Source of the DNA: Malacoraja senta
Taxonomy: Eukaryota
Assembly: GCA_038087875.1 (NCBI GenBank)
Contig: JAXLNO010005869.1
Location: 310,001-374,000, forward strand
Reading direction: 5' to 3'
Length of the DNA: 64,000 nucleotides
Positions 1 to 11,968 of the stretch are shown piece by piece; position 1 is the stretch's first letter; every line of letters begins with the position of its first letter. Under the pieces are notes generated by a model. It was not told the origin of the DNA and searched no databases. It was given only the letters and a program-made list of their open reading frames with translations. A program made the position numbers and the translations under genes.

Positions 1-719
1 CCTTCTGTGGCAGAGAATTCCACAGATTCACAACTTTCTGCGTGAAGAAAGTTTGTCCTCATCTCAGTCCTAACTGGACAACCCTTAATTTTTAAACTGT
101 GACCCCTGGTTCTGAACACCCCCAACATCGGGAACATTTTTCCTGCAGTTACATTAAGTGAAAATCTAGCAGGCAAGCAGGATGCTTTCTCCAACCAATT
201 TGAAGGCTACTATCGTCCACCGTTTCTACTTGGTACTTACTTCCAGCAGCCACTGGTTGTCCTCCAGGATGCACCGAGCCGCAGCCTGATCCATGCCGGT
301 TACCTGGGCGAATTCGGCACAGAGACTCTCACGGCAGCGGCGCAACGCTTTCGAGGCCACCGACGGCCCGGGGCTCTTGAACTGAGGCTGCTCCATGGCT
401 GGAGTGCAAGCCTCTGACGGCCCTGAGGCTTGCACTGAGGCTGCTCCATGGCCGGAGCTGCAGCGAGTGACTCGCCAGTCCGGCAAACGCTCGCCACCCC
501 GGCAAACACTCGCCAGCTCCGGCTCCCTGTCCGCATCTGTCCCCACCACTGCTTCTGCTTCCATCCCTCCCTCAGCCCTGGCTCATGCAGTTTTGAATTT
601 TTCATTGATCACATAATTTCTCACGACAGAGCGTGAGAAATTTGTGATCAGCGTGAGAGCGTGAGTATTTGGCCAAATGCGTGATTCTCACGCTCGATGC
701 GTGAGAGTTAGCAGCCCTG
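1..719 (-). mobile_element. Non-autonomous TIR DNA transposon carrying a TDP2-like exon, copy 1 (runs off the window start)
   Basis: Terminus CAGGGCTGCTAACTCTCACGC at 719 with TCTCACGC subterminal repeats; homologous to 18477-19460; followed by the TDP2-like exon and the same CR1 junction (caggaaaaa(a)tgttcccga). Confidence 0.8.
241..396 (-). pseudogene. TDP2-like exon 1 fragment (UBA-like domain) with splice donor
   Basis: gccATGG start; MEQPQFKSPGPSVASKALRRCRESLCAEFAQVTGMDQAAARCILEDNQWLLE|gtaagt; resembles the TDP2 N-terminus (RRLLCVEFASVASCDAAVAQCFLAENDWEME); frame also open upstream to the ATG at 564. Confidence 0.7.
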
Positions 720-1020
720 CTATGCCTCTCATAATTTTATAAATTTCTTCCTGATCCCCCCCACCCCCCCAGCCTCTGATGCTCCAGAGGAAACAATCCA
801 TGTTTCTCCAACCTCTCTTTTTAGTTAATACTCTCCAATTTAGGTAATATCCTGATGAACCTCTTCTGCACGCTCTCCAAAGTTTTATACAACTGTACCA
901 ATGATGGCAAGTATGTTACAAACCTTCTGTACCATCCCATTTACTTGTGTTGCCACTTTCAGTGAGCATTGGACTTTCACTGCAAGATCCCTCTACTTCA
1001 ATGTTCCCAAGAGTTCTGCC
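720..1020 (-). mobile_element. Old CR1/HER1 LINE fragment
   Basis: Degenerate CR1 RT C-terminal sequence (…atgaacctcttctgcacgctctcc…). Confidence 0.6.
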
Positions 1021-1369
1021 TCAGTAAATTGACTTGGAGACTACTATCGAATTTCTCTAAGTGTCAAACTCTTGTCTAGTAGGTCAAAATGACTCATCAT
1101 TCTAATTAGGAAAATGAAATAGTTGAGGCATGTCCTTCACCTACAACAGTACTGATATCTTTAAAAAAAAAAAATTCTTGCTACTGAGTATTTCCATTAA
1201 CTTTAATGGACATTAATACATCAAAGTGATATGTGAGACATTTAAAAGGTGCCCAACCCTGGAAGGGAACTATTTCCAGTGATGAGTATTTCCATGTGCT
1301 TACTGGGTTCAGAACTTGGCAAGCAAAATTAAGCTAGCCATCCTTGTGTCGTGAGCTTTATATTGTACA

Positions 1370-2238
1370 CTAGACTAAGTGGGACCCATTGGGTCCCAGC
1401 TTCACACAGGAGGGCTGGTCCCCTAACACAATATTCCACCTCTCCACCAATTTCAAGATTACTGGCCAGTGTGGAGGGGGGGGGGGCTTTCTGGAGCACT
1501 AGTATGAGTGTTGTGGGCTGAAGGGATTGGTTTCCAGAGGGCTAGTATGGACATTGTGGGCCGAATGGATTCTTGGGCTAACAGCTCAGTCACTCAAGCC
1601 TGGTGTGCTGGCAGCTCACTCACGGCTGGTGGGCTGGCAGTTGACTCACGGCTATTCCTTGAAATGCCACTTCAAGCAGGGTGCAAGGCCACCAAACTCG
1701 AGTGCAGTTCCCTGCCACTTCAAGCAGGGTTCAAGGCCACCAAACTCCTGCAAACCAACCACATTTGCCTTTGCAAACCAACCACATTTGCCTTTGCAAA
1801 CCAACCACATTTGCCTTTGCAAATTTCATTTTCAAACCACATTAAGGGCACTCACAGGTCAGTAAAACCACACTTACAGTTTAGTAGACATGTGTTCAGT
1901 TGATTCATAGCTCAGACAGAGAGCTGTGACCTCTCGCTCCCCCATCTTGCAGCGACTGAGGCACGTCCACACTTCCGGGTTTAATAGCCACTCCCCCCTC
2001 CCATCGATAGGGGTGTGGCCTTCGTGGCGTGATTGACAGGAGAGAGAATCTCAACATTTTTAAAACATTAATAAGTCTTATTTTTAATCGATGGGAAAAA
2101 TCCTCTTGCCCTGACAGCTGGAGGGGGACTCTGAGTAAGATGGCCAAAAATCACAGCCGTAAGTAGTAGCGTTTAAAAAGAAAATCAATATACAGTGCAA
2201 ACAGGAAGTGGTCAAGTTTAGACTTTTAATTATATAGA
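1370..2238 (-). mobile_element. Non-autonomous Helitron
   Basis: Minus strand: A|TCTATATAATTAAAAG ... hairpin GGGACCC-AAT-GGGTCCC, ACTTAGT, CTAG|T; no TSD; internal 23-bp tandem repeat x3 at 1751-1819. Confidence 0.85.
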
Positions 2239-2269
2239 TTTAAATATCACTCGGTTGTTTTCTATTAAT

Positions 2270-2561
2270 GTTTAGTTTAGAGATTATAGCATGACAACAG
2301 GCCCTTCAAACTACTGAGACCGTGCCGACCAGTGATCACCCGTACACTAGTTATATCCTGCACACGAGAGACAATTTACAGAAGCCACTTAACCTACAAA
2401 CCTGCACGTATTTGGAATATGAGAGAAAACCGGAGCACCCAGAGGAAATCCATGCGATCACAGGGAGAACGTGCAAACTCTGTACAGAGAGTATCCGTAG
2501 TCAGGACCGAACCCAGATCTCTGGCACTGTAAGGCAGCAGCTCTACACCTGCGCCACCGTG
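2270..2561 (-). mobile_element. HE1-like tRNA-derived SINE
   Basis: 5' acggtggcgcag…gtagagctgctgccttacagtgccagagatctgggttcggtcctgac (A/B boxes), core, LINE-like tail ending in (ctaaa)n. Confidence 0.8.
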
Positions 2562-2842
2562 TATTGTTAACTTTAGTTGGGGACAGTGCCATGTGATAAC
2601 TTGGCATGCTCAGAATCCCCAAAAGGCTCATATGCAGTTTTTGTATTAAAACAGTGAATTAAATATCGTGTCATACACTCGTGTGTACTGCCAGGGCAGG
2701 TGGTTAAGGGAAGAAGAGAAACACAAGCGTCAAGAGTGTTTAATTGTTCTATGTACTGACAACGAAACAATGAAATTCTTACTTGTAGCAGCACAACAGA
2801 TATGTAAACATAGTACTCTGTAAACACCATATAGCACACTAA

Positions 2843-3443
2843 AGGGCCTGTCCCACTTGGGCGTCATTTACGCGACATGCTAAAAATTGGTTAGCGAGTC
2901 GTGACGCGTGCATAGTGAGTGGTGAGGCGTGGTGGCGTATGCAGTGACGCGCGGCGCCCCAGGATTTTGGAGTACTCGAAATCCTCGCGCGCCACCTGCG
3001 TGATGTATCTCTTGCACACGCTGACGTACTGATGGCATACGCTGACGTACTGACGGCGTACGTGTGGCGCGTGGTGATGCATTGTTACGCACGGTGACGC
3101 ACGAACATTGCCTATGCTAATTATGCGTCACCGTGCGTCAACGTCCGTAACCATGCGCCGCCCGTACACCGTCGGCGCGCCATTTGTGTGTCATTTGAGC
3201 GCTGCACCACGTGACCACCCCGGTATAAAGCGAGCGTAGTTTTGAAAAATATTCACTGGGAAAATCCTTGCCACAGAGATCGGACTAAGTACGAACGACA
3301 TCGCAAATGGCTCCCAAAAGAAGCAGGGCCCTCAAGAGCACTTGGCGTGCGACTGTCTTACTGCTAAAAGATTTTCACACGACAGTCACCACCGGCCTGT
3401 CGCGTAAATGACGCGCAAATGACGCCCAAGTGGGACTGGCCCT
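2843..3443. mobile_element. Harbinger/PIF-type MITE
   Basis: TIRs AGGGCCTGTCCCACTTGGGCGTCATTT / AAATGACGCCCAAGTGGGACTGGCCCT; TAA TSD at 2840-2842 and 3444-3446; CpG-rich interior. Confidence 0.88.
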
Positions 3444-3446
3444 TAA

Positions 3447-3648
3447 CACACTACAGACAATTTACAATTATACCAAGCCAATTAGCATACAAACCTGTAC
3501 GTCTTTGGAATGTGGGAGGAAAACAAGAGCTCCCAGAGAAAACCCACACAGGTCACTAGGAGAACGTACAGACAGCACCCGTAGTCGGGATCGATCTCTG
3601 GTCTCTGGCACTGTAAGGCAGCAGCTCTACCGCTGCGCCACTGCGCTG
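3447..3648 (-). mobile_element. HE1-like SINE (5' part)
   Basis: gcgcagtggcgcagcggtagagctgctgccttacagtgccagagaccagagatcgatcccgac on the minus strand. Confidence 0.8.
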
Positions 3649-3879
3649 TCATTTAAAAAAAGACTGAGTAAATGTGATTTAAAACAGGATAGAACTATAA
3701 TAAGCAAGGCATCAATGAAAGGGATACTCTGAGGAATACAATGATGTAGAAGTCCCCTGTGAATAATTGATCTTGTATAATTGTCATTCAGAAATTGGGA
3801 AATGGTTTAATAAGTAACATCGTGTTTAAAGAGGTCAGGAAAACTGAAGTCCATGCAACTTTAGAAAGCAAAATAGTAA

Positions 3880-5450
3880 GAAAATAAATTAAATGACTGG
3901 GTACATGACCCAATCCAAAAGGTGCATAGAATGATGCTGGGAATCACGCAAGAATGATCCCCATATGAAGAGCATGTGAAGGCTCTGGGCCTGTACTCGC
4001 TAGCGTTTCGAAGAATGAGGAGAGACCTCATCTCTGGCGCTGCAAGCGCTGTAGGGCAGCAACTCTACCGCTGCACCACCTTGCCACCAGGTGAGAAGTA
4101 AGTTATATTTAGTCGTAAAATGTAACATGGCATTATCGGCCTTTGGATGCAAGAAACATCAAAGCAGAATCTAATCAACAAAGTAGATAAGGGTGTGCTT
4201 GGGCAACCAGATTCTCACAGTTCATTTTATGTCATTATCAGCTGTAGGTCAACAAGACGTACTGAGTCTCTTGCCCAGAGTAGGGAAATCTAGGACCAGA
4301 GGGCAAAGGTTTAAGATGAAGGGGAAAAAAATTAATATGAATTTGGGAAAAGGGGAAGTACAACTGGATCTGGGGGTCCTTGTACATCAGTCTATGAAAG
4401 TAAGCATGCAGGTACAGCAGGCAGTGAAGAAAGCGAATGGCATGTTGGCCTTTATAACAAGAGGTATCAAATATAGGAGCAAAGAGGTCATTCTGCAGTT
4501 GTACAGAGCCCTAGTGAGACCACACCTGGAGTATTATGTGCAGTTTTGGTCCCCTAATTTGAGGAAGGACATTCTTGCTATTGAGAGAGTGCAGCGTAGG
4601 TTTACAAGGTTAATTCCCGGGATGGCGGGACTGTCATGCTGAGAGAATGAAGCAGCTGGGCTTGTACACTCTGGAGTTTAGAAGGATGAGAGGTAATCTC
4701 ATTGAAACGTATAAGATTGTTAAGGGCTTGGACACGCTAGAGGCAGGAAACATGTTCCCGATGTTGGGGGAGTCCAGAACCTGGGGCCACAGTTTAAGAA
4801 TAAGGAGTAAGCCATTTAGAACGGAGACGAGGAAACACTTTTTCTCACAGAGAGTGGTGAGTCTGTGGAATTCTCTGCCTCAGAGGGCAGTGGAGGCGGG
4901 TTCTCTGGATGCTTTCAAGAGAGAGCTAGATAGGGCTCTTAAAAATAGCAGAGTCAGGGGATAGGGGGAGAAGGCAGGAACGGGGTACTGATTGGGGGTG
5001 ATCAGCCATGATCACATTGAATGGCGGTGCTGGCTCGAAGGGCCGAATGGCCTACTCCTGCACCTATTGTCTATTGTCTATTGTCATTGAAACCTACCGT
5101 ATAATGAAAAGCCTAGTTTGGGAGGATGTGGAGAGGATGTTTCCAGTAATGGGAGAATCTAGGACCAGATGGCACAGCCTTAGAATGAAAGGATGTACCT
5201 TTAGAGTGGAGATGAGGAGAAATTTCTTTAGCCAAATGGTGGTGAATGTGTGGAACTCATTGCCACAGACAGCAGTGGAGACCAAGTCATTTGGTATTTT
5301 TAAGTGGAGGTTCTTGATTAGTAAGGGCTTCAAAGGTTACAGGGAGAAAGCAGGAGAATGTTGAGAGGGAAAAATAGATCCGCCATGATTGACTGGCAGA
5401 GCAGACTCAATGGGCTGAATGGCTTAATTCTGCTCCTATGTCTTATGATG
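3880..5450 (+). mobile_element. Nested CR1/HER1 LINE 3' fragments (young copy at ~4340-5085 inside an older copy)
   Basis: ORFs LYRALVRPHLEYYVQFWSP and HFFSQRVVSLWNSLP; (ctattgt)n tail; the older copy is split at gacctcat|…|cattgaaac. Confidence 0.9.
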
Positions 5451-5909
5451 AGAACAGTGCACAGGAACAGGCTCTTCGGCCTACAATGCCTGTGCCAAAC
5501 ACAATGTTGTTAAACTAATCTCTGCCTGCATGTGATACACATCCCTCCATTTTCTGCATATCCATGTGTCTATCCAAAAGCCCCTTAAAGGTTCTTATCG
5601 TATCTGCCTCCACCATCATCGCGTTCCAGACCCCCACCACTCTCTGTGTTTATAAAAAGCATGTTGAATCCAACAGCCTCACCTACAGTAGAGGAAATTA
5701 ATGGGTTGCTCTGACATGGAGAAGTCATTCTGTTCTGTAAAGATGATGCAGGACACCGATCTGGTTACAATTTCAGCCATTCCATTAGGAAATGGTGGGG
5801 AGGTAGAAGATCAGTTATGATATTATTAAATGGGGGAGCTGGCTTGATGGGCCAAAGAGCCTATTGCGGTCTCTATTCTTGTATGAAAGGTCAGGGTCTG
5901 GGTACCATT

Positions 5910-6690
5910 CGAGTGGGGGCGCCGTCGAGTATGGCTCCCCAGCCTGAGCTATCTGTACTTTTCACCCTTTTTAAATTTTTAGTATGTTAAAAAGTGTTCT
6001 TTTGGAAGTTTTCTAGTCTTTTTATTGGGGGGGTCTATATCCGCCCCTTCCTCGCGGCCTGCCAACAGGACTGGAGCGGCGTTTCCTGCCGGGACCGGCC
6101 AGAACCTTGGCTTCGGCGGCGGCACAGCGCTGAAGCACCATCACGGAGCGGGCGATGCCTTACCCGGGTCGCCGTGTGGTAAGCTCCGGAGTGCTGAGAC
6201 TGCCGACTCCAACATCGCAGAGCTGTGGGGTCTGCGGAGCGTCCAGCCGTGGCGGCGCTGACTTTCAAAAACCGCGGAGCCTGGGATCTCTCGCCGAGAT
6301 CGCCAGTGTCGGAGCTCCGACCAGCGCGGCCGGTGAACTTCGGGAGCCGCGGTCTCGGGTAGGAGGCGAGCATTCCAGACACTCCAAGCCGCTGAGAGGG
6401 TTCTCCCGACACCGGAGCTCCATCATCCGGCGAGAGGGCCTGTAACATCGGGCCGCCGTTGCGGCGACTGCGGAGGCCTCAATAGGCCCCGACCACGGGT
6501 GAACAAGGGGAAGAGGACTGGACTTTGTGCCTTCCCTCACAGTGGGAACCATTGTGGGGGGATGTTTTTATGTTTGGTGTTAAATTCTTCTTTAATGTTG
6601 TGTCTTATTTTTATTGGTGTGCTGCAAATGGCAACTCAAATTTCATTACATCAATAATGATGTATGTGACAATAAATGTCCTTTGTCCAT
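5910..6690 (+). mobile_element. GC-rich non-autonomous retroposon with Rex1-like 3' tail
   Basis: CpG-rich body without a real ORF; tail aatttcatt…tgtgacaataaa(tgtcctt)n; shares a 3' hairpin motif with 61683-62522. Confidence 0.55.
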
Positions 6691-9219
6691 ATCAGGGTAT
6701 GAGGATCGAACTGGCAATAGCAAAAGAGAAGGAATGTGGACCTGGGCATGAGCTCCACTGGGAGCCACAGATGTGCATTTGTGTCCAGGGATGGTGCAGT
6801 CCACCTCAGCCTGAATGATCAGTCTAAATTGGAAATGTCTGTATCTGAGGATTTGGGGGGTGAAAAGGGTAAAGTGGGAAGTAGCTCTCTACAATATGAA
6901 TAAAATAAAATGTATTTATGGACCTTCAAAATTAATTGAAGATCCAACCTGTTTCATAACAGCATAACAAAATAGGAGTGGAACGTTTGGGGGCCAGCGG
7001 GGAGGAACCAGCCGGCTGCTGCAGTGCTGCGGGCATCTTCTGCTGTGAGGGAACTTGGATCACGGTCGCATTACTGACTTGCAAACTGTCCGAGTTGTGA
7101 ACTGTGCACAAGAACAGAACCTGTCGTAACCAAGGGAGGACTGTAATCTGGCCTCTGCAACCCTCCGTAGATTCACCATCCACTGCAAGAGAGTATCCTG
7201 CACACGTCTGTTTTACATGAGTCGCTCCTAATCTTGTATTAAAGCTCCCACTGGTGGAAATATATTCTCCAATATTAGGTACTCCCCCTCCATCTCTCGC
7301 TACTGCGCTCCCATCTTCCGGTACACACACATTCCTTCCACTATCCCACCCCCCTTTGAGGAAATATTATACAATAGAATTGCTCAAATGATAACATAAG
7401 TTCCTCACACAGAAGTTAAGTTGCAGGAGAAGTACTTGGTGCTGAGGTTTTCCCACAATGAAATAAAGAACACACACACATAGGAGAACAGATGGCTACA
7501 TGGAGATGTTGATGTAAATAGGCATAGCTTTGTTTGCTTTGAAGCGGCTATAACTCTGTCAGAAGTTGTATTTGGTTTAGTTTGGTGTTTATAGTATAGG
7601 TTATTGATGGGTTTCTTCTCAGGACATGAGCATCATGTGTCCTTTCTTTATGGCACATCTTTGAGCTCGGGTGTGCAATAAAGGGGACTCATGGTTGTCT
7701 ATATTGGGTCGTGGGCACCGAGGCTAGATAAGTCTGTGATCTGGTTTGTGCTGTTTAAATGTATTTTACTTCGGAGTCACGTGAGTGACTACGTGAAGAA
7801 CCCCGCCAGTGCGCCTGCGCGTCATTACGTCAGACGCCTTGACGCAAACGGACGTGAGGAGCAGTGCTCCTCGAGTGGTTTGTAGTTTTTCAACTACAAG
7901 GTAAGTAAAAACTTTTTTCAGGTTTTCCAGGTCCGTTTACTGTGGGTCTATGGGGATTTTTTCCACAGACGCCATGGAAAAAACGGACAGGGGGAAGAGG
8001 CGAGCGACACTGCCGACAGAAGTCGGGAAAGTCGGGAGTCCGCGGTTAGAGACCAACCGCCTCTAAACCCCAGTACAGTCGCCAGCGGTGAGCATAGCGA
8101 CTGTGGACCTGGGGCTGGTGAAAACACAGTCAGCGCCTGTCGGGCAAAAGACAAAGTTTAAATCCCAACGGAGGGAGTCCCAGGCAATGGAAGTAGCTCC
8201 AGGGCTAGATACTGCTTTAGAGCGTATTGCCCAAATAGAAAGCCTTTTACATAGGCTGTTGGAGCAAAGTTCACTCAGAGAGGAGTGTTCTGAAAGCCAA
8301 GCTGCTGGAAACAGCTCAAACAGCTCCTGGTACAGGGCTAGATACTGCTTTTGAGCGTATTGCCCAAATAGAAAGCCTTTTTCATAGGCTGTTGGAGCAA
8401 AGTTCACTCAGGAAGGAGTGTACTGTAATCCAAGCTGCAGGAGCAGCTTAACAGCACCTGGCTCAGGGCTGATGGAATGCACCCTCAGGAATGAGGAGCG
8501 TGCTACGGGTCATGAGATTTCAGACCCCGACTCTGACGGTGAGGCTGTACAAGGCGATGAACGGCAGCTGCCAGATGTTCCACCCCTGGCAGTAGGATTC
8601 GCTGCCCCGTCAGGGTCAGGAGAGCCATTAGGAGAAGAACTGGCCTCCTTAATAAATTACTTGGTTTACCATTAGCTGGAACAGCAGGAAATGGATGAGA
8701 CTGCAAGAAGTAACTGTGGGTTGCTGAAAGCAGCAGCAGTGAATCAAATTATTAAAGCTGCTGGGTTCTGGAATAACTGCTTTTACCAGAATAGCAGGTA
8801 ACAACCAAAAGATGACGAAGTTGCATCAGTAAGCACTGGGGTTGCTATGCAGCACCCACTTCGAGATCAATTATCTGAGGAAAGTGCTATACGGTCTACT
8901 ATGAATCCGAAATTCGCAGCACTCTGCAAACCAAGTAATATACAATTACCCAACTTGCTCTTTGGAGAGATCTCGGGAGACGTATTAAAGAGTTGGAAGA
9001 TGAAGCGAAAACAGGATTGATAAATACATCAATGGTTGCAAAGTCTGTAAAGAGGAAGTATCCTTTCAGACGTCATACGGATCCTAGACCAGGACCAAGT
9101 CGCTCATCAACGCAGGGACGTAGCTGGCGGCCTGCAGCGGGAGTAAGGACAAGTGGTTGTGCTTCCGGGAGAATCCAGGGATCTCAAAATACTCAAATGA
9201 CTCAAGAGGTAGGTGGACC

Positions 9220-10590
9220 TGGTTCTCAGGGGAACATACTAACTGGATTAAGTCCAGAAGTTGGAGGCAGATTACGTCTCTTCTATAAACATTGGAAGAA
9301 GATTACTTCAGATGTGGTAATTCTGAATAATATACAAGGATTTCAATCCAAATTATGATTTGCCTGTCCAGCATGTTCCTAGCAGAACTCTCCATTTTGC
9401 GAAGTAATGGAGGTTCAAGTTGCGCTTCAAAACCCTATATATATAAAAGGTGTTATTAAAGAATCAGTCTACCAAATTCACCAATTTGGGTCAAATATAT
9501 TCCCTCGATCAAAAAAGGATGGAGGATGTAGGATTATTATAGACTTGACAAGTCTGAATCCTTTTGTTCAGTGTTTGTTCACTTGCAAGATATGAAGTAT
9601 TTTAAATTTACATGGATGAACCAATTAGGGCAGTTCAAAGCTCTGCCTAAAGGGTTAACGTTCCCTTCCAGAATATTTATAAAAATCAATTCTGGGGTTG
9701 CTGAGAGCCAGGGGCATGTACTAATGGCATACCTGGATGATGTCCTGATTATAGGAAGGACAAAACAGTCAACAGAAGCATCGGTTGCAGTAATAAAATC
9801 AAACTTTTGAAAGTTTGGGGGTTTCTAAATTCATCCAAAGAAATCAAGGTTAAAAACATGTACCTCGATTAATTATTTGGGGTTCACAATTGATTTAGCC
9901 CAAATGCAGATTACTTTGCCCAGTGAAAAAAGGGTGGAGTTGATTAAAGATTGCAGTAATCTGTTAAACGAGCAAAAACCTCTAATCAGACAGGTGGCTC
10001 GAGTACTGGGAAAATTAGTAGATTCCCAGCAGTCCAGTATGGACCATTACATTATCAACAGCTGCAGAGAATTAAAGAACAGGCACTGAGAATAAATGCT
10101 GGTCATTTTGATAGAACCATGCAAGTAACAACAAATGCTGTTTCTAAGCTGCAGTGGTGGATTCTACATGTCTCAAGCAGTTCAGGCAAAGTGCTGATTG
10201 AACAACCTTCCATGATATTACAAACTGATGCCAGTGCACTAGGATGGGGTGCAACTTACTTAACATGGAGCTGCGGAGGCAGATGGAATCAGGAAAAGTT
10301 AGTGTTACTGCAGACATGGGGAATTACCTATTTTGAGCTTTTAGGAGGTTTCTATGGACTCCAAGCTTATGGTTCTAACACAACTAAAAGGAAGGTTCAA
10401 GTTCAAATTAATAAACACAACAGTAGTTGCCTATATTAATGATATGGGTGGAATTAAGTCGGTGTCATGTGACAAAATGGTTAAATCAACTTCGATCTTG
10501 GTGTATTGAAAAGAACATTTGGTTTTCAGCTATCTATCTACCAGGTGGAATGAACACGATAGCAGACACCTGGTCACGAAAAGTTCCATG
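9220..10590 (+). pseudogene. DIRS RT/RNase H, frameshifted
   Basis: GGRLRLFYKHWKKITSD, KKDGGCRIIIDL, AYLDDVLI, LQTDASALGWGA. Confidence 0.9.
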
Positions 10591-10599
10591 ATAATAAAG

Positions 10600-10954
10600 A
10601 ATGGATGTTGAATCAAGAGGTATTCAATGATATAGTAATCAGATTTGGAATGACCGACATCGACTTGAATCATCAGCTATCGAGATATGTCTCATGGAAA
10701 CCAGATCCAGGAGCAGTGGCGATTGATGCTTTCTCGCTACATTGGGGTGGTATGTTTTCATATATATATTTCCACCTTTCTGCCTCATAAACCAATGTTT
10801 GCTTAAAATCAGGCAAGATGCTGCTTCAAGGGTATTGGTAGTACCAGATTGGCCTATACAGCCATGGTATCTGTTGATATTAGAATTAACAACACAAATG
10901 TTGATGAAAGTCCCAAAAAGGAGTAATTTATTGCTGCACCCTGTAACAGGGTAA
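10600..10954 (+). pseudogene. DIRS phage-like DNA adenine methyltransferase domain remnant
   Basis: DIDL…NHQLSRYVSWKPDPGAVAIDAFSLHW…YIFPPF…LVVPDWPIQPWY. Confidence 0.8.
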
Positions 10955-11004
10955 CAACATCCATTATATCATTGTTTGGATTTGTTGATTTGCAGGTTTT
11001 AAGA

Positions 11005-11968
11005 ATGCCTTTTCTGGGACGAGGACTGTCTGAGCATACTGTGGACATGCTTACGGCAGCCGGGAGGAAGAGCACTCAAAAACAGTACCTTTCTTATATT
11101 AAGAAATGGGAAGAGTTCTGTGTACAAAAGAATGTGCAATAAAGTACTGCAAATATTTCAAATGTTTAGAATTTCTGTCAAAACTTTATTATGATGAAGG
11201 TCTGAGTTGTAGTGCAATTAATTCAGCCAGAAGTGCATTGTCCTCATATTTGGTTCTGGATTCAGAAAGAAACTCAATTGGGTCACACCCAATTGTTTCC
11301 AGACTAATGAAAGGAATCTTTAATTCCAAACCACCGAAACCTAGGTACGTGACAATCTGGGATGTAAGTGTGGTACTGAAACTACTTCGTGAATGGTCAT
11401 CAAGTGTGTCTTTACCTTTGGTCAAGCTCAGTATGAAAGTATTCATGCTTATGGCATGAGTGACAGCACAACGAGTGCAAACACTTGGAAAATTACAAAT
11501 AGACAGTATGGAAGTAACTGAAGACAAGGTTACATTCTATATCTATGACCTACTAAAGTAAATTAGGCCAGGTGTGACAGGATTTAAAATTATGCTAGCA
11601 GCATATCCAAATGATCCATGTCTCTGTATTAAGACATATTTATTACAATACATTGAGGTCACAAAGAATTTGAGAATACGGAAACTGGGTTGTTGATCAC
11701 ACACAAGAAACCACACAAGAGAGTTTCAATACAGACTATTTCCAGATGGATAAAAGAAGTCTTAACAGCTGCTGGTATTAACACTTATGTTTTTACGTCT
11801 CACTCGGCTAGGGCAGCAGAAACGTCGGCGGCCAGGGCAAAAGACGGCCCCGTCGACCATATCCTCGCAGCCGCCGGGTGGTCCAATGAGTTGATGTTTC
11901 AACATTTTTACCATCGGCCTATTGTTAATGCGGGGTTGTTTGCAGAAACTATTTTAAGTTCTGTGTAA
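11005..11968 (+). pseudogene. DIRS tyrosine recombinase, frameshifted
   Basis: GLSEHTVDML…STQKQY…KKWEEFC, INSARSALS, TISRWIK, HSARAA (H-x-x-R), AAGWS…FQHFY. Confidence 0.9.

Noticed and set aside
226-564. Functional TDP2 gene starting here
   Set aside because: The exon sits within ~155 bp of a transposon terminus, is duplicated at 19 kb, and copy 2 has no downstream phosphodiesterase exons. Downstream exons for copy 1 would lie outside the window, so this cannot be fully excluded
1751-1819. CRISPR-like 23-bp repeats
   Set aside because: Head-to-tail with no spacers, inside a Helitron in eukaryotic DNA
2480-2561. tRNA genes at SINE heads (also ~3600, ~37560, ~50580, ~61250)
   Set aside because: They are tRNA-derived SINE heads with A/B boxes followed by core and LINE tail, not complete cloverleafs
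6932-7330. 132-aa minus-strand ORF
   Set aside because: No recognisable domain or splice context
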